Below, in pieces: positions 1-14,425 of a DNA stretch of 64,000 nucleotides. The position numbers and the translations under genes are program-made. The DNA lies in NCBI GenBank assembly GCA_028023455.1, contig JAQFVV010000004.1, positions 18,786,001 to 18,850,000 on the forward strand. The letters are read 5' to 3'. This DNA comes from Epiperipatus broadwayi. Taxonomy: Eukaryota > Animalia > Onychophora. The notes under the pieces are model-generated. The model saw only the letters and a program-made list of their open reading frames with translations, was not told the DNA's origin and made no database searches. The number at the start of each line of letters is the position of its first letter. Within the stretch, counting starts at the first letter, position 1.

Positions 1-399
1 AAGTTGAATTTATATTTAGGCAAATCATACATACAACAGGTTTGCTACTTTCTTTTCATTTTGAAGGTGAAAAATAAAAAATACATAATACATATTTAAA
101 TGGTTTAAATATTATAATAAATATGGGATAATAGTTCATAAAATTAACAATAAAGTTCTCAAACAAATGATAAATAATAAAATAACAATATGCACCTGTA
201 AAAAATATAAAAATATTCTGAAATATTGAATAATTTTATTAGATAGGGACTAGTAAAATTATCATTTTAACGCCAGGTTCGCAAATTTTGAAAAATTTTT
301 GTCTCTTGACTTGATATATCTAATATCATTTATCATAGTAGGTAATAATATTTTAAACATTTTTTAAGTAAAAATATTTTTTATTAAGATTAAATTTAA

Positions 400-821
400 A
401 AAGCAATTAAAAAATACCCACGGCAGAGTCTGTGGGGATGTACTTTACAAAGGAAAAAGGAAGCAAAAAAGTGAAATGTTTAAAATGTGTAAATAATTTA
501 TTATGTTGTAAGGGATCATTAACTAGCAGTCCAATAAGATATTTAGTATTTGCAACATGTTCACAAAATTAATTTACTAAAACAAAATGCAAATGGTTAT
601 CAAGTCGGTGTTCTTTTTAAAATGTTATTTGTTAAACAAATAATAAATGAAATACGTCTTTATTGTATGTTTTTGCATTTATGGTATGTTTTTTTTTTTT
701 TAATTTTGAATTAAATTTGATTTTTTGAAAACATTTATTATTTTACTTTTTCCTGAGAATATTTTTAATTTCTTATTTCCTGGGAACAAAAAATTTCCAG
801 GAAATGTTACCCATTAACCTA
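400..821 (+). mobile_element. hAT-type remnant with BED zinc-finger fragment
   Basis: ESVGMYFTKEKGSKKVKCFKMCK then (frameshift) CKGSLTSSPIRYL at ~425-550; hAT-like subterminal cctgggaa/ttccaggaa motifs ending ...aaccta at 821; no TSD found. Confidence 0.5.
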
Positions 822-2704
822 TAATCATCAAATATTTTCATTAAGGAAAACTATTACAATATACATAATAGTAGCTTTCACATTAATTTATTTGATAGCA
901 AATAATAATAATGGAGCAATATTGAACAAAATAATGCACATGCCATAATTTTGGTCATATATTCTTTAAAAGGTCATTTAAAAAATTACAGTAAATTTAT
1001 CTACTTTATAAAAAATTATACATTTTACTTGCAATAAATTATTTCATTAGAATCTATTATTTGTATGGTTTTTCAGATTAATCAAAGATATATTGTAATT
1101 AATAAAGCTTAAAACATATTTCTGGTCTTACTTTTTGCTTTTTATCACCAATCTTTAATAGCATTTTACATTTTATCCTTATAAATTAAATTGATTCATA
1201 TGACCAAATTAAAAAGTTTCTAACATAAATCAAAAGTGAAGTTCAAATCTAACTGGATCAATTTATCCCTTTATTTCTGCTGTCATTACTGGAAAAAAGT
1301 AGAAGTGACTTTTCTCTATACTCAAACAATCCACTAAGGAAGATCAACAAAAATGCTATACACTTTTATTACATCCCTTAACTGAAGCAAATAGAACAGA
1401 CTGGGTGAAATGTTAATAAATCATTTATTTTTTCTTCACTACAATCCCTCCTTCAAATTACATGTTTTGAAAAAGTTGAAAAAGATGTCACAAATGAATA
1501 TGATTTCATGGTACATTCTAATATTTTACTTTTATGATATATGCAAATAAACATTGTTCTATTGTTGTCACTCTTCATAAATATCAACCTTTATAACTTT
1601 AGCAGAAACAGTCCATACTGACAATAAGCATACTTACAGCTAATAATTCTCTAAAAAAAAATCTACATTAAATAGATAGCTCATCAATTGTTTTCAAGAG
1701 ATCTTCTCAAACAGTAATTCAATGTATATTTTAAAAGTAATTTTTAATAACTTGTATATTATTATAAGAAAAAATCTTATTTTAACTCTGTGCAAGTTAA
1801 ACACTACAAATAGAAACAGACTGTTTAAAATTCAATCTATGGAATGCCCAAAACAAGATCCCCCCCCCCCACTTTAGCTAAAAATCAATATTATTGAGTT
1901 AAAGAAATAGGTATACATCTTAGAAATTTATAAATTAAAAAGGTATAATAATTTGAATAATTAAAAAATTCATTTAATAATGAAGAAGTGACACAGATTA
2001 GCTCAATTCATAGACCTTAAGCACCAATCTGTAATTAGAAAGCTGCACTAAATCATGCAAACCACTTTCAGTATATTAATATAAATTCATATTATTTGCT
2101 TTCATGTTTTAGATTTACTATTTAGCACTAACTATATCCTATTCCTAATCATTTTCCAAATGTTTATTACTCTTTTATGTTATATTGTTCCAAAATGTAG
2201 AATAGTCCTTGTCATAAATTTTGCATTTCTATAGTGTTTATTAAAGTTGGATAGCATTTATTTAAATACAGCAATGTATGTAATCACTCATAAACCAACA
2301 CAGCTATTATATAATAATAAATAATAAGTTAATATTATGTGTAATAAAACATAACATAAATTATTAAAAAGTAATACTTTCTTTAAAACTTGTACTTATT
2401 AACAGACAATGATTTGTTTTTACCTAAGTAAAAATATAAACAGACTTAAATATTAAACTACGGGATAAAAAAATAACTTTTACAGATTTCTCCACAAAAA
2501 ATATACCAAGTTATTCTATTTTTTCTTTTTTTTTCCCACCCAAGCTTTCATATGGATATCAAAATCCACAGGTAGTGTATAAATATAAACCTTTTTAACA
2601 TGTATATATATTTAGAATACAATTTAATTTATAAATTATACAACAAAAATAATTAACAAAAAAAAAGAGAGAGAATAAAATAATGTACTCAACAATATCA
2701 TATT

Positions 2705-5700
2705 ATATCTACTGAAGTTTGAAATGAGTTTCAGTATGTGATAAAATGTCGGCATACTTTTTTTTAATTTCATTTTGATGGTGGATATTTTAACCTATAA
2801 AGCATTGAACTGTGTTACTAGACAATGATAATATCAATATAAAATAAAAATTGTTTATTATTAATTGCATTATATAAGATTGTGAATTGACTTTATTCAT
2901 TTTTAAATGGATATATGAATAATAAAGCATATAGTTTGGATAAAATTATTATTCTTTTATTATTATATGTATTTTTGTTACTGCATTTACAACAATAAAT
3001 TATAAATAATATAACTAAATCTCTAATGTCTCAAATATATTTTGACCTTTTTATTTGTATAATATTATACTAAGAAAATATATATAAAAATATATTTCCA
3101 GTGTAATATATTGAAAATGTTGTATAAACCGTTCAATTTATGTTAGAATAAAAAATAGTATTTGTATTATGAAACATAAAATTTTCTTGTATATAATAAT
3201 TCTACAAATATTTACTTTTATTTGTTGTACAATACAATTTTTATTAGAGAGGCTGCATTAAATTCGCCATAATTAACTTGGAGCATTGCTATAGTTTTCT
3301 ATGATGTAAATAGAAAAGTTATAAATAGAATTGAAGAGAAAAAAACTCTTGTATTAGCTTCAACAACTCGTCTAAATTTCTTTACATGATTTTCTTTTCA
3401 TTTATTTTAAAAGCATATGGTAGTGAAATGGATAAAAGGATGGGATGAAAAGCAACAATATTCATCCAGAACTGTAATGTAGAGGATTTGTGAAAAGTGA
3501 TAATTTATTATAAAAATGAAAAGAGAAAATTAAACCCTAGCATTTCCAAACCATGGGAATTTTTCTTCGCTTCAAAAAAAGTTTTATTACCTATTTTTCA
3601 ATGCTGAAATCTAAATGTTAATAACAAAAAAAATGAATAAAGATTATGGTCACCTACTGATATAATTTTAAACTTGATGTATATTTATTTATACATGGGA
3701 TAAAAATTGGTTTAATTTCCATAGCATTGTAATGGATGAAACTAGCATCTGTTCACTTGTAATGTTTTATGAATTATTTGCTAAATGAAAGAATATCTGC
3801 ATTGCATCATCGTGTATATAAATTAGTTTTTCTTTTGAATTTAATGGCAGTTGAGGCAGGTTTAAGAAATTAACCGAAAGTACTTCTGCAGATTTAAAGA
3901 CAGTTTTTAATAGTTTATTACCATTCAATTTATTATTTTTATTATAATTACAAATTAGTGTTTACACACTTATAACCTTATATGATTCAAATATTTGTTG
4001 AATAAAAAGATGATCCGAATATTTGGAAAATATTAGAAAATAACAAAATGTACTTCAAATCTCATAACTATTTGTGATATTTTTACTTTTTCTGAAATAA
4101 TAAAACAGCATTCCATCATAATTTTTTAAAAAAAAAACACTAATTGTTTTAGAAAGACCGTATTTAAAGGCTATTAATCAGGTCAGTTGCTCATATATTT
4201 TTTTTTCTTCATTTAAAATATATTGATATAATTGTGTAGGTTAAGTAATAATCTATTTAGATACCTAAATGTAAGAGAGTTATGTCTTCCTAAGTTTTAA
4301 GTTATATCTTGCAGCATAGTAATTATTATTTTAACATCATTAACAGTTCAAAAGGAGTATATTGTAACAAGTATTTATTTTATTGCATTCTCTTAAATTT
4401 AGATTAACAAATAAGTAGGTTCAATTTTATATGTTTTATATTTTGATTAACTTTGTATTTTATAGGAAGTATAAAAAGATATATCTTGAACTCTCTTATA
4501 ATTTGGAAAATATGAATGTTCCACTTTTATTTGTGTGCTACATAAACACAAGCATTTAGATTTAGTATCCAATAAGTAGAGATTGACATATCATCTATTT
4601 AAATATGAAGTTAATGTCAATTGAAAACCTTTGGCTTAAAGCATAATCGGGATATATGCATATATTTTTAAATATTTATTTGCTATATACATATATTTGA
4701 TTTTAATTTACATCAATTTGTGTATAAATTTTGAATTAATTTTAAAAAAATAAATATGCTTGGTTGTCATTCAATTTTATAATGCACATTTATTGCTTAA
4801 GACAATATTCACTAATTGATTATACTATATAATTCATTAGAAGCTATCAAAAATAATTCAGAAATCAAAAACATAGAATGAGTGATTGAAATGTTTGTTA
4901 TTGGTCCAGATATAGATTTTATACAGTAATAAATAAACTTAAGTATTTAATAAGTAATTGGAAGCTTATTGTAATTATTTTGTTAGTAACAGGTAATAGT
5001 TATATTAAAATAGAAATTATATATGAATTGATTTGATAATGGTGCAAATAGAATAATTGTTGAAGATGAGTAAAGATAGTTGCAATGAAATGTCCATGTA
5101 TTTTATTTTAAGTTATTATTGATTAAAAATGTTATATTGAGTCAGTATACAGCCACAAAGATTGTAATCTTGTTATTAATACTCATATATTTTATTCTGT
5201 TACAAATTAGAATGATTTGCTTTAATTATATTTAAAATTTGTTAGCATGGATCATAAATTGTTTTAATATTTGATTATAATAAATCTTACAATCTTCCAT
5301 ATGTTTTGACAGTTATAGTCTAAAGTTTTAATAAGACTTAATAAACTGAAAAGTAATTGGATGTGATTTGTCAATTATTGAAATAAGCTTCAAATAAAAA
5401 TCTTTTATTTTATATATTATGATTGGAAATTGATATCTTAAGGTTATTTAAGTGAAAATGTAAAGATACTTTAGGTTGATCAATTTCATATTATTATTAA
5501 ATACTTAATATTACAAATTAACTTAATCAATGAGTATGTTGATATTAGAATAACAAGGTTGAGTTAGCAGTATTTTTATTTTATTTAGATATAATTAGAA
5601 ATCAATTATTGAGATATATTTTGCTAGACAAGGGCATATTAAGATTATTTCATCAATCTATGAATCATTTCGTTTAAATATAAATAATGTATGACTTTTG

Positions 5701-6330
5701 GCACAAGTTTGTATTATTATAAACAATGGATTAATTCATAAGAAATATTAAAGTTTACCTGTCTAATTCTTTGTCATTATTTTTATTCCATTATAAAGGA
5801 TCTATATTACAGAAATGTAGTTATTTATAAGACAGTTATGTTTACTTTTATTGCTTTATTTTTGATCTATTGCAAATAATGCTTATATTTAGGGTAGTTT
5901 GAAGGTTTTTTTTCCTATCCATTCTAAATGCTATTGAAATTTATAAAGTTATAACATAGATTATTAACATTATTTTTATTAATTTAATTGTGTTAGATTG
6001 TTGTATATTGATTGATATTCATTTAAGTTTAGTTTACTATTTTCATTCTGTTACAAATAATGCTACAATTCACAGGCATTAAATTAGGATTGTTCTTCCT
6101 TAGTTTATTATTTTTATTCTGTTACAAATGGTGATCAATAATTAGGCTATGATTCAGTATACAGCATGGGCCACATATTTAATCTCTTACAAATAGCTCC
6201 CAAATCCATGGGGCATTAAGAGTATATCCTCATATTTATTCTGTTACAAATGTCAACCAACAATTGGGCTATATTTTATTCATGCTATATTAGTTATTTC
6301 CCATTGCACATTTTCGATCTGTTGCAAATG
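2705..6330 (-). pseudogene. Duplicated segment copy A; probable decayed LRR-containing rhodopsin-type GPCR (LGR-like)
   Basis: Colinear with 10295-16031 (duplication directly visible). Minus-strand remnants: LRR-like LINLKYLYI (~5451-5481) and LKQIILICNRIKY (5187-5225), LRR-CT-like ICQS, then TM-like blocks; many stops and frameshifts. Duplication is near-certain; the protein identity is inferred. Confidence 0.5.
3828..3951 (+). mobile_element. 124-bp solo Penelope terminal unit with hammerhead-like fold and 8-bp TSD
   Basis: Flanked by AAATTAGT at 3820-3827 and 3952-3959; the paralogous site near 11377-11384 has one AAATTAGT and no insert. Sequence matches the reverse complement of ~37282-37395, the 3' end of the Penelope element. 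Confidence 0.8.
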
Positions 6331-6824
6331 GCACAAACCAATTAAGGACTCGATCAAAAACCAAAATCAGAGGTCAGTCTCATATATAGATCTGCAGAGG
6401 AATATTAAGTTCTATCATGTATACAGTAATAATATTTGGTATTTGTTAATTATATACTGTACATAGGTTGGTGGCACTGTTTCTCTTTAAAAACAAAGCA
6501 ATATGTTCCCGAGCCTCTCGACTTTTCAAATATACGATAATTTTCATAGTTTTTTTTTTTTTTTTAATAAGTATTTATTTTTCTTCTCAACTTTTACAAA
6601 TATACTGTATTTTTTCATATAGCTCTTTTTTCCCCCAACAAAATATACATTATAATGGAGAGTTTTCTGTTTTGTTTTGTTTTGTGTTTTTTTTGTTTTT
6701 TTTAAATGCAGGGTTTTTTTGTTAAATAATAAATATGTATTTCTGTTTAAAATGTACCTTCTTTTCTTTTAAATAATTTAAAGTGTTGTTAAATTTATTA
6801 TTTTGCTATAAAAAATAAGTAATT

Positions 6825-9800
6825 ATGAAAACCAATAATGTTAAAACATTGTCAAATAATGGGTTTGATGTTTTAACTAATATGTTTGATATTCACATTA
6901 AAGAATTAAGAGAAGTGGGTAATAAGTTTATGTTTCAAAATAATAAGTTAGAAGAAATGAGTATATTGGATAATCAAAACAGAAAACTTAAAGAAGTAAA
7001 AATTGTAAATCATAAAGTGTCCATTCAGGTGCCTTTAGAAACAATAACTATTATTGAAAAGTTTGAAAGGGTAGAGATAAATTGTTCTGATGATGTAATA
7101 AAAATAGGTGTATAGGAGAGCAGAAAAGCATAGATAAGAAGCTTCTAAATATTTAATCATTACCGCAAAGTGAAGAAGCAAAGACTAAAGATAATCAGAG
7201 AATTATAAATAAAGTATGGTTGGAAAATAAAGTTAGTTCCAAAGGAGTTAAAAATTTGGAGAGCACATTTGATAATATACATTATAGACATGAAACACAA
7301 GGATATAAAGCATATATTACAGAACAAAGGAAAGATGGAAAATAATTATTGAAAGAATCATGTCTATAATAATGTGAAGAAAGAAGGGAATATATTCTAT
7401 AAAAAACAAATTAAGCAATCACTCCAAGAAAAGATTTGAAATGGGGAAAAAAAACCTGAGTAACAATTTAAATTGAGGCTTTATTCCATGACAAAACTTA
7501 TAATAAGGATGACTATGTGAGAGATGATGATATCAATAGTGAAATTGCTTTATCTTATTCAGAAATATTCATGATAATTGAAAATTACATGGAGAGAAAA
7601 AGCTTGATATTAGTTAGAACTGTAATAAGTTTGGATGATTTTCGATCCTCAAAGACCCATGATTGGATTAACAAATTAATGAGCTTATGTATAAATGGAA
7701 CATAAAATATAATTTTACAAAAAAAAAATTATTATATATATATATAGTGAGACAATAATTTTGAGAAGTAAAGAAAACTATCAGTAAAAGAAATGTTTAC
7801 AGTTAAGATAGTTTTAAAACTTTAATTGTACATTATGCATATAATTAATTTGCTGTTATAACTTATGAAATTAAGAATCATGATTATTATAGAAGTGAAC
7901 TTATTGACTTATATGGCTTTACATTCACAGAAAAAAAATAATATTTATAGAATATGATCTCTCTATATACTGTTTTATTATTATTCTGTGTGAAGAGATA
8001 AAAAAGAATTGGAGATGCCCATTGTATAAATTTCTCTTCCAGACAGGTATTCTATGCTACATACATAGTTTTGTAGATCATGACCAAAGCAAGATATATA
8101 TAAATCAAAACAGATCTAAAAATAAATAAGCAGAAAACCTCTAGCCAACCTATTCAGTTAGATGATAAAGTTATGATTCAAATTAATCCTGTAAGTCACC
8201 CTAAAAAACATGTATATAAAAATTTCAAGAAATTTATGCTGGTCCATTCACTATTATTTGTCAGTATAAACAATAATGCTTTTGTACTGGGTAATGAAAG
8301 AATAAAAAAGAGAACATAAAATGCCCACTCTTTGAAACTTATCAAAAGAAAAACTTAACTAATAGTGAAGAGTAGGTGGTTTGATAAGTTAGAGATGTAG
8401 TATCTAAGATTTTAATATTTTGCTAATTGTGAATTGAAAATATTTGTATGATTAAGACTTTTCTTTGAAGGAGTCAGCTGAACTGCAAATGTGTGTTTGT
8501 GCTCAAAACCCCACATAAGGTGATAGTGAAGCACCAGTTGAAAGATATCCTGGGTTCACTGCAGAGTAGCTGGTAGAAAAAAAATCTCAGTGAAATGGTA
8601 ACTACTTAATTATGAACTGTAAGTTAAAAAATCAAATGCTCAGTAGTTTTCCTGACATTTGCAAAAAGCTCCTGATTAGCAACCATGTAGTGCAAAATTT
8701 GGTTCCAATGTAGCTGAAGCACCCTTAAGAAATTAAAACAGGGTTTAGTTAACATTTAGTCAGTTTACTTTAGTATTGAAAGTGACTTCAAACTTAGTAC
8801 CTCTATTATTTTGATCTCTAGCTCATTATCAAGGTTAATTTACATTTAGTTAGTTTATCTCATATGGAAGTGATTTTAATGTTGATACCTTCAATACCAG
8901 AAGTTTAAAGCCTATAGCACTACCTAAATAAATGCGATTTATTTAAAATTAAAATATTATTTCCCATATTGTTTTAGTATTGGAATTTAGACCCTATATT
9001 AGTTGGTAATAATGTAATTATATATGTTTAAAATGAGAAGATGCAAGACCTTTATTTGACTGAGAATAAGGTACGACATTTTAAACAAATGATATTTAGT
9101 ATTTTATTATTATTATTGTGGAAGTGTAATGCCAGGACTGAATAACTAAGAAATATATAACAATGTAGAAAATAAATAGTATGGAATATGATAAAAAGAG
9201 AAATAGTCTTCATTTGTAAAGCTATGAGTATGAGATTTGAACATTAAATCTCGAAAGCGCTAAGCAGACATATAACACATTATAGTATAATTATAGCTTC
9301 ACTAACGTATGCGAAAAAAGCAGCATATTTATAATTACAATTTTTACTGGTGAAGAGAAAAACAATTTATTAAATATTTATAGATTCTTGCGTTATTAAT
9401 AAAATATTATACAATCTTAAAGGCAAGAAAAATCACTTGAAGATGTGAAATATGTAAATGTTTATTTAATAATGTAAATATAATAGGTGATGAAAACATG
9501 TAGTTGTTAAATAATTAAGTAGTGATATTTGATTTTAAATAATTTTAACAGGAATGTTAGATAATTTTACTTTATGAACAGAGTTTTGAGAATATAAGTT
9601 TAATTTCAAAGCTGATAGTGAATATGATTTTTAGAAGAGAGTACTTACTATATTTGAAAATAAAAAATGCAATATGTATAAAAATAAAAAAGAGAAAACT
9701 TTGTCAATGTTTTTTGGTGTTGTAATGAAAACAATGAATTAGTTAAATTCTACAAAAGAAATCTTAAGTGTTAAAGTATTACATTATTTAACTATTATAA

Positions 9801-9970
9801 ATTTTAAAGTTGTGTTATTAAAGAAAAGTTACTGAAAGAAAGATCTAAAGAATGAATTTCAAATTTAGGATAAGACGTTAGCAACTATAATTGATGTTTT
9901 ATGAAGGACGACAAAAAAATACAGATATATAATTGTACTTTATGATAGTATTAATGAACATTGAATAAGC
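6825..9970 (+). mobile_element. Possible highly decayed non-LTR element (ORF1-like start, zinc-knuckle-like end)
   Basis: 96-aa Lys/Glu/Asn-rich ORF 6825-7115; near 9665-9730 a frameshifted KCNMxK..ETLSxxFWCC-like segment; weak evidence. Confidence 0.25.
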
Positions 9971-12726
9971 CAATTTTTTTCCCTAAGTGATGATGCTTTG
10001 AAGTGTTATTTATTGGAGATACATAATGAACTGATGGGAATATATTAAGAGAATAAAAGAATAAATAAATTGTCTTGTTTTATTGAGCATATTAACAAAG
10101 TATTTAGGATTCATTAGGATTGAATTATTACACAATATATGAAGATGGGGAAGAATGGACATTTGTATATATTTAGATGAAAATGATTTATTGTATATAT
10201 CTAAAGATAATAGAAAATCATTGTTAGTTTTTTTTTTTAGGGGGGGGGGGGATAGCACACCACCACCATCCCACCAGTAGATGGGAGATGATGTACCTAC
10301 TACAGTTTTAGATGAGTTTCAAGCATGTGATAAAATGACAGTCATATTTTTTTTTTGTTTGATGGTGGATGTTTTAACCTATACTACTGACAATGATAAT
10401 ACTGATATAAAATAAAAATTGTCTATTATTAACTGGATTGTATAAGATTGTGAATCGACATTATTCATTTTGAAATGAATATATGAATAAAAATGCATAT
10501 AATTTGGAAAAATTTATTCTTTTCTTATTATATGTATTTTTGTTACCGCATTCACTATAATAAATTATAAACAATACAACTAAATATCTAATGTCCCAAA
10601 TATATTTGCCCTTTTTATTTGTATGATATTGTATTAAGAAAATATGTATAAAAATATATTTCCAGTGCAATATATTGAAAATGTGGTATAAATTGTTTAA
10701 TTTGTTAGAATGAAAAATAGTATTTATATTATAAAATCTAAATTTTTCTTATATATAATTCTAAAAATTTATTTAATTTTATTTGTTGACAATACAATTT
10801 TTATTAAAGACACTGCATTAAATTATCATAGTTAACTTGAAGCATTACTATAGTTTTCTATGATGTAAATAGAAGTCATAAATAGAACCGAAGGAAAAAA
10901 AACTCTTGTTTTAGTTTCAACAGAAGCACATCTAAATTTCTTTGCATGATTTTCTTTTTATTTTTAAAAGCATACAGTGGTAAAATGGATAAAATGATGG
11001 GGTGAAAAGCAACAATATTCGCCAAAACTGAAGTGTGTAGAAGATTTGTGAGAAGTGACAATTTATTATAAAAATGAAAAGTAATCGAAAATTAATCCTT
11101 AGCATTTCCAAACCATCGGACTGTTTCTTCATTTTAAAAAAAGATATTACCTACATTTCAATAATGATATCTAAATTTTAACAACAAAACAATGTATACA
11201 AAGATTATGGTCACCTACTGATATAATTTTATAAACTTGATGTATAATTTATACCCAGAATAAAAATTGGTTTAATTTCGATAGCATCATAATAGATGAA
11301 ACTAGTGTCTGTTTAATTGTAATGTTTTATAGATTTGTTAAATGAAAGAATAACCACATTGCATCATCGTGTATATAAATTAGTGTTTGCACACGTATAA
11401 CCTTATGTGATTCAAATATCTACTGAATGAAAAGATGATTTGAATATTTGGGAAATATTAGAATTAACAAAATGTACTTCAAATTTTTTTCTGGAATAAT
11501 ATAGCAATAATTTAATTTTTAAAAAAAACCACTAAAACTGATACTACTTAAGAAAGACCGTATTTAGACTTAATCTGGTCACTTGTTTATATATACATCA
11601 TTATTGCTATTTTTTTTTTTTCACTTAAAATATATTATTGATATGAATAATCATATAATTATAGGTTAAGTAATAATCTATTTAGATACCTAAATGTTAG
11701 TTATGTCTTCCTAAGTTTGAAATTATATCTTGCAGCATATTAATTATTTTGATTTAAAATATTTCTTTTTTTTATTTATTGATTATAAATTAACTTCAGA
11801 TATACAACGTATCTTAGCAATTCAAAAGTATATCATAATATTTATTTCATTGTGTTGCCTTAAATTTAGATCAAGAAATAAGTAAATTCAATTTTATATA
11901 TATATTTTATATTTCGATTAACTATGTATTTTATAGGAAGTATAAAAAGAAGTATGAAGGTTCCACAACATTTTTTTTGTGTTACATAAAACAAGTGTTT
12001 ATATTTAGTATCCAATAAGTGGAGCTTGACATGTAATCACCTGTTTAAATATGAAGTTAATGTCAATTAAAAATCTTTTGCTTAAAGCATAATCAGATAT
12101 GCATATATTTTAAATGTTTATTTGCCGAATATATATACATATATATGATTTTAATTTAACTTGCTTGGTTGTCATTCAATTTTACAATGCAAATTTATTA
12201 GTTAATTGTATTTGGATAGGACGATATTCACTAATTGATTATACCACATAATTCATTAGAAGCAGTCAAAAATAATTCAGAAATCAAAAACATCTAATGG
12301 ATGATTGAATTTAATGTTTATTATTGGACCAGATATACATTTTATACAGTAATAAATTAACTTCTTAAATATTTAATAAATTAACTTCTTAAATATTTAA
12401 TAAGTAATTGGAAGCTTATTGTAATTATTTTGTAACAGATGATATACTAAAATAGTAATTATATATTAATTGATTTGATAAGGGTGCAAATAGGATAATC
12501 ATTGCACATGAGTAAAGGTAGTTGCAATGAAATGTTCATGCATTTTAAGTTATTGTTGATTAAAAATGAATGTTATATTGAGTCAATATACAGCCACAAA
12601 GATTGTAATCTTATTCAGTTATAAGACTGATAATGGTAATATAATTTGTTACAAATTAGAATGATTTGCATTAATTATATATAAAATTTGTTAGCGTAGT
12701 ATTAATATTTGATTATAATAAATCTA

Positions 12727-14425
12727 GGTACTAGTATGATAGCTGGTACAGGCTGCTTGATGGTGTTGTTGCTAGAACAAAACAAATATATCTGTACTGG
12801 GCCTAATTACTTTCTTTTTTTCCTTTAAGTAAACAATTTAGTTTTAAGCAATTTTAAAAATTAAAAAATGTACATTGCTTTTGTTTGAAGCATTTTAAAT
12901 AACAAGTAAACAAAATTGTTTGTGGTGGATGTTTATAGCTTTAGGCAATTTTTAAAATTAAAAAATGTACATTGCTTTTATTTGAAGCATTTTAAATCAC
13001 AACAAGTAAACGAAGTTGTTTGTGGCGGGGTTTTTAATAATAACAAGACGCTTTTATTTGAAGAATTTTAGTCAATTCCAAAAATTAATTGTAAAAAACA
13101 AAACAGTAAGTAAACGCAGTTGTTTTTGTGGCAGGTTTTTAATAACAAGACGCTTTTATTTGAAAAAAATGTACTCAATTCCAAAAATTAACTATAAAAA
13201 ATAGAAATCGCCATGAACAGGTCTTCTCCCTGGTATAGGTGAAGCCACATGAATTCTTCCGGGTAATCATTGACTAATTTCCTGAGAGTGCATCGATGCA
13301 TCTTATTCTGTCACTTCAGAAGACCCCAAAGGTGTTTGATGTTTTGTATGTGCGCGCCTGTTGAGGTGTCCACAAAGTTGTACCGGTGGTTAACCTTCAT
13401 GTGATGGAAACCAGCAGACTCAAAGTCACACATCCTGTACCCCTTCCAGCAGTCTGAATAGATGCTGAACCCCAGTTTGATGTTGTCATGTATAGCCTGC
13501 AGAAGGGTGTCACCTGTCTCATGACACATCTTGCCGAATAGCCATTGCTGCAGGAGAATCCTACCCCAATTCTTTTGACGGCTGAACAAAGTCTCATCAA
13601 CCTGTGATGAAATCTGGATGGCCAATTTGATGGCAGGGCCAAAACACTATGCTGTCCTTGCAAAGCTCATGCAGAGCAGAGTTCCAGTGAATCGGGGCAT
13701 CTCTGGAGATGTTCAATTCGTTGCTGGCATGTTCTACTGTCAAGTGATCACGGTTCCAGTAATACACCAGACTTGACGCTTTTACAAAATTGATTCTGGT
13801 GACAGTGAACCATGAGTCATTTCAAACAGAAGACCTTCGATGGCAGGATGTTGAGTTGCATTCAAACCGGAACTTCAGAAGGCTTTTCAATGGCATGGAT
13901 TGTCCACAAAGCCAGCTCTTCACCAAGCCTCACCTTCTGTAGCTGGCAATTCACAAAATCTATAATGCTATTTTTCAGATTCGGCCATAAATCTTTAATG
14001 CTATTTTTCAGATTCGGCCATAAATGTTTATCTCGCATCATCTCGTGAATAACGCGACTTTGCACGCACTCGTGTCCAAAATGCACTGAGCAGTACCCTT
14101 TCCCTAATTTGCGTGCAGTGAAGCGCGGCAACAATTTGACAAGTAATAGTAGGCAATAATCGCTCACTTTAGTGTAAAAGTCCATTTAAAGTAATAGTTC
14201 AATAACTGCATAGACTTAAAATTTAAGACCCGTAAATGATACGACAGCAGTGTCAATAGTGAGCATTCAGAGTAAAAGCAGGTTGCATGATTAAATGCGA
14301 TAAGAATACATTACCAAAGTGTGAATTGCAAGAAATTAGCATAACACACTTGAGGGCATCACGGGCCCGTAAACGGCATATGGTGCCATCAAGTGGCCTA
14401 TACCGGCTATCATACTAGTAGTACC
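12727..14425 (-). mobile_element. Merlin (IS1016/IS1595-like DDE) DNA transposon, decayed transposase
   Basis: TIRs GGTACTAGTATGATAGCTGGTACAGG... and (rc) GGTACTACTAGTATGATAGCCGGTATAGG...; 8-bp TSD TAAATCTA at 12719-12726 and 14426-14433; empty site in the paralog near 5280; peptide VDETLF...QWLFG...IYSDCWKGY...VNHRYNFVDTSTGAHIQNIKHLW. Confidence 0.92.
12835..13200. repeat. Degenerate tandem repeats (~90-100 bp period) inside the Merlin element
   Basis: Recurring aattaaaaaatgtacattgctttt...tttgaagcattttaaa...aacaagtaaac...ttgtttgtgg units. Confidence 0.75.

Noticed and set aside
2415-2440. TTTTTACTTAG|GTAAAA on the minus strand as a ratchet site
   Set aside because: Weak donor; such strings are expected by chance at this A+T content (similar ones at ~30372 and ~43690).
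6047-6329. Periodic motif array as a CRISPR-like repeat-spacer array
   Set aside because: Eukaryotic intron, 12-bp core only, spacers are mutually related and unevenly long, no cas genes.
6468-6725. 85-aa Phe-rich ORF resembling a membrane protein
   Set aside because: Produced by poly-T tracts.
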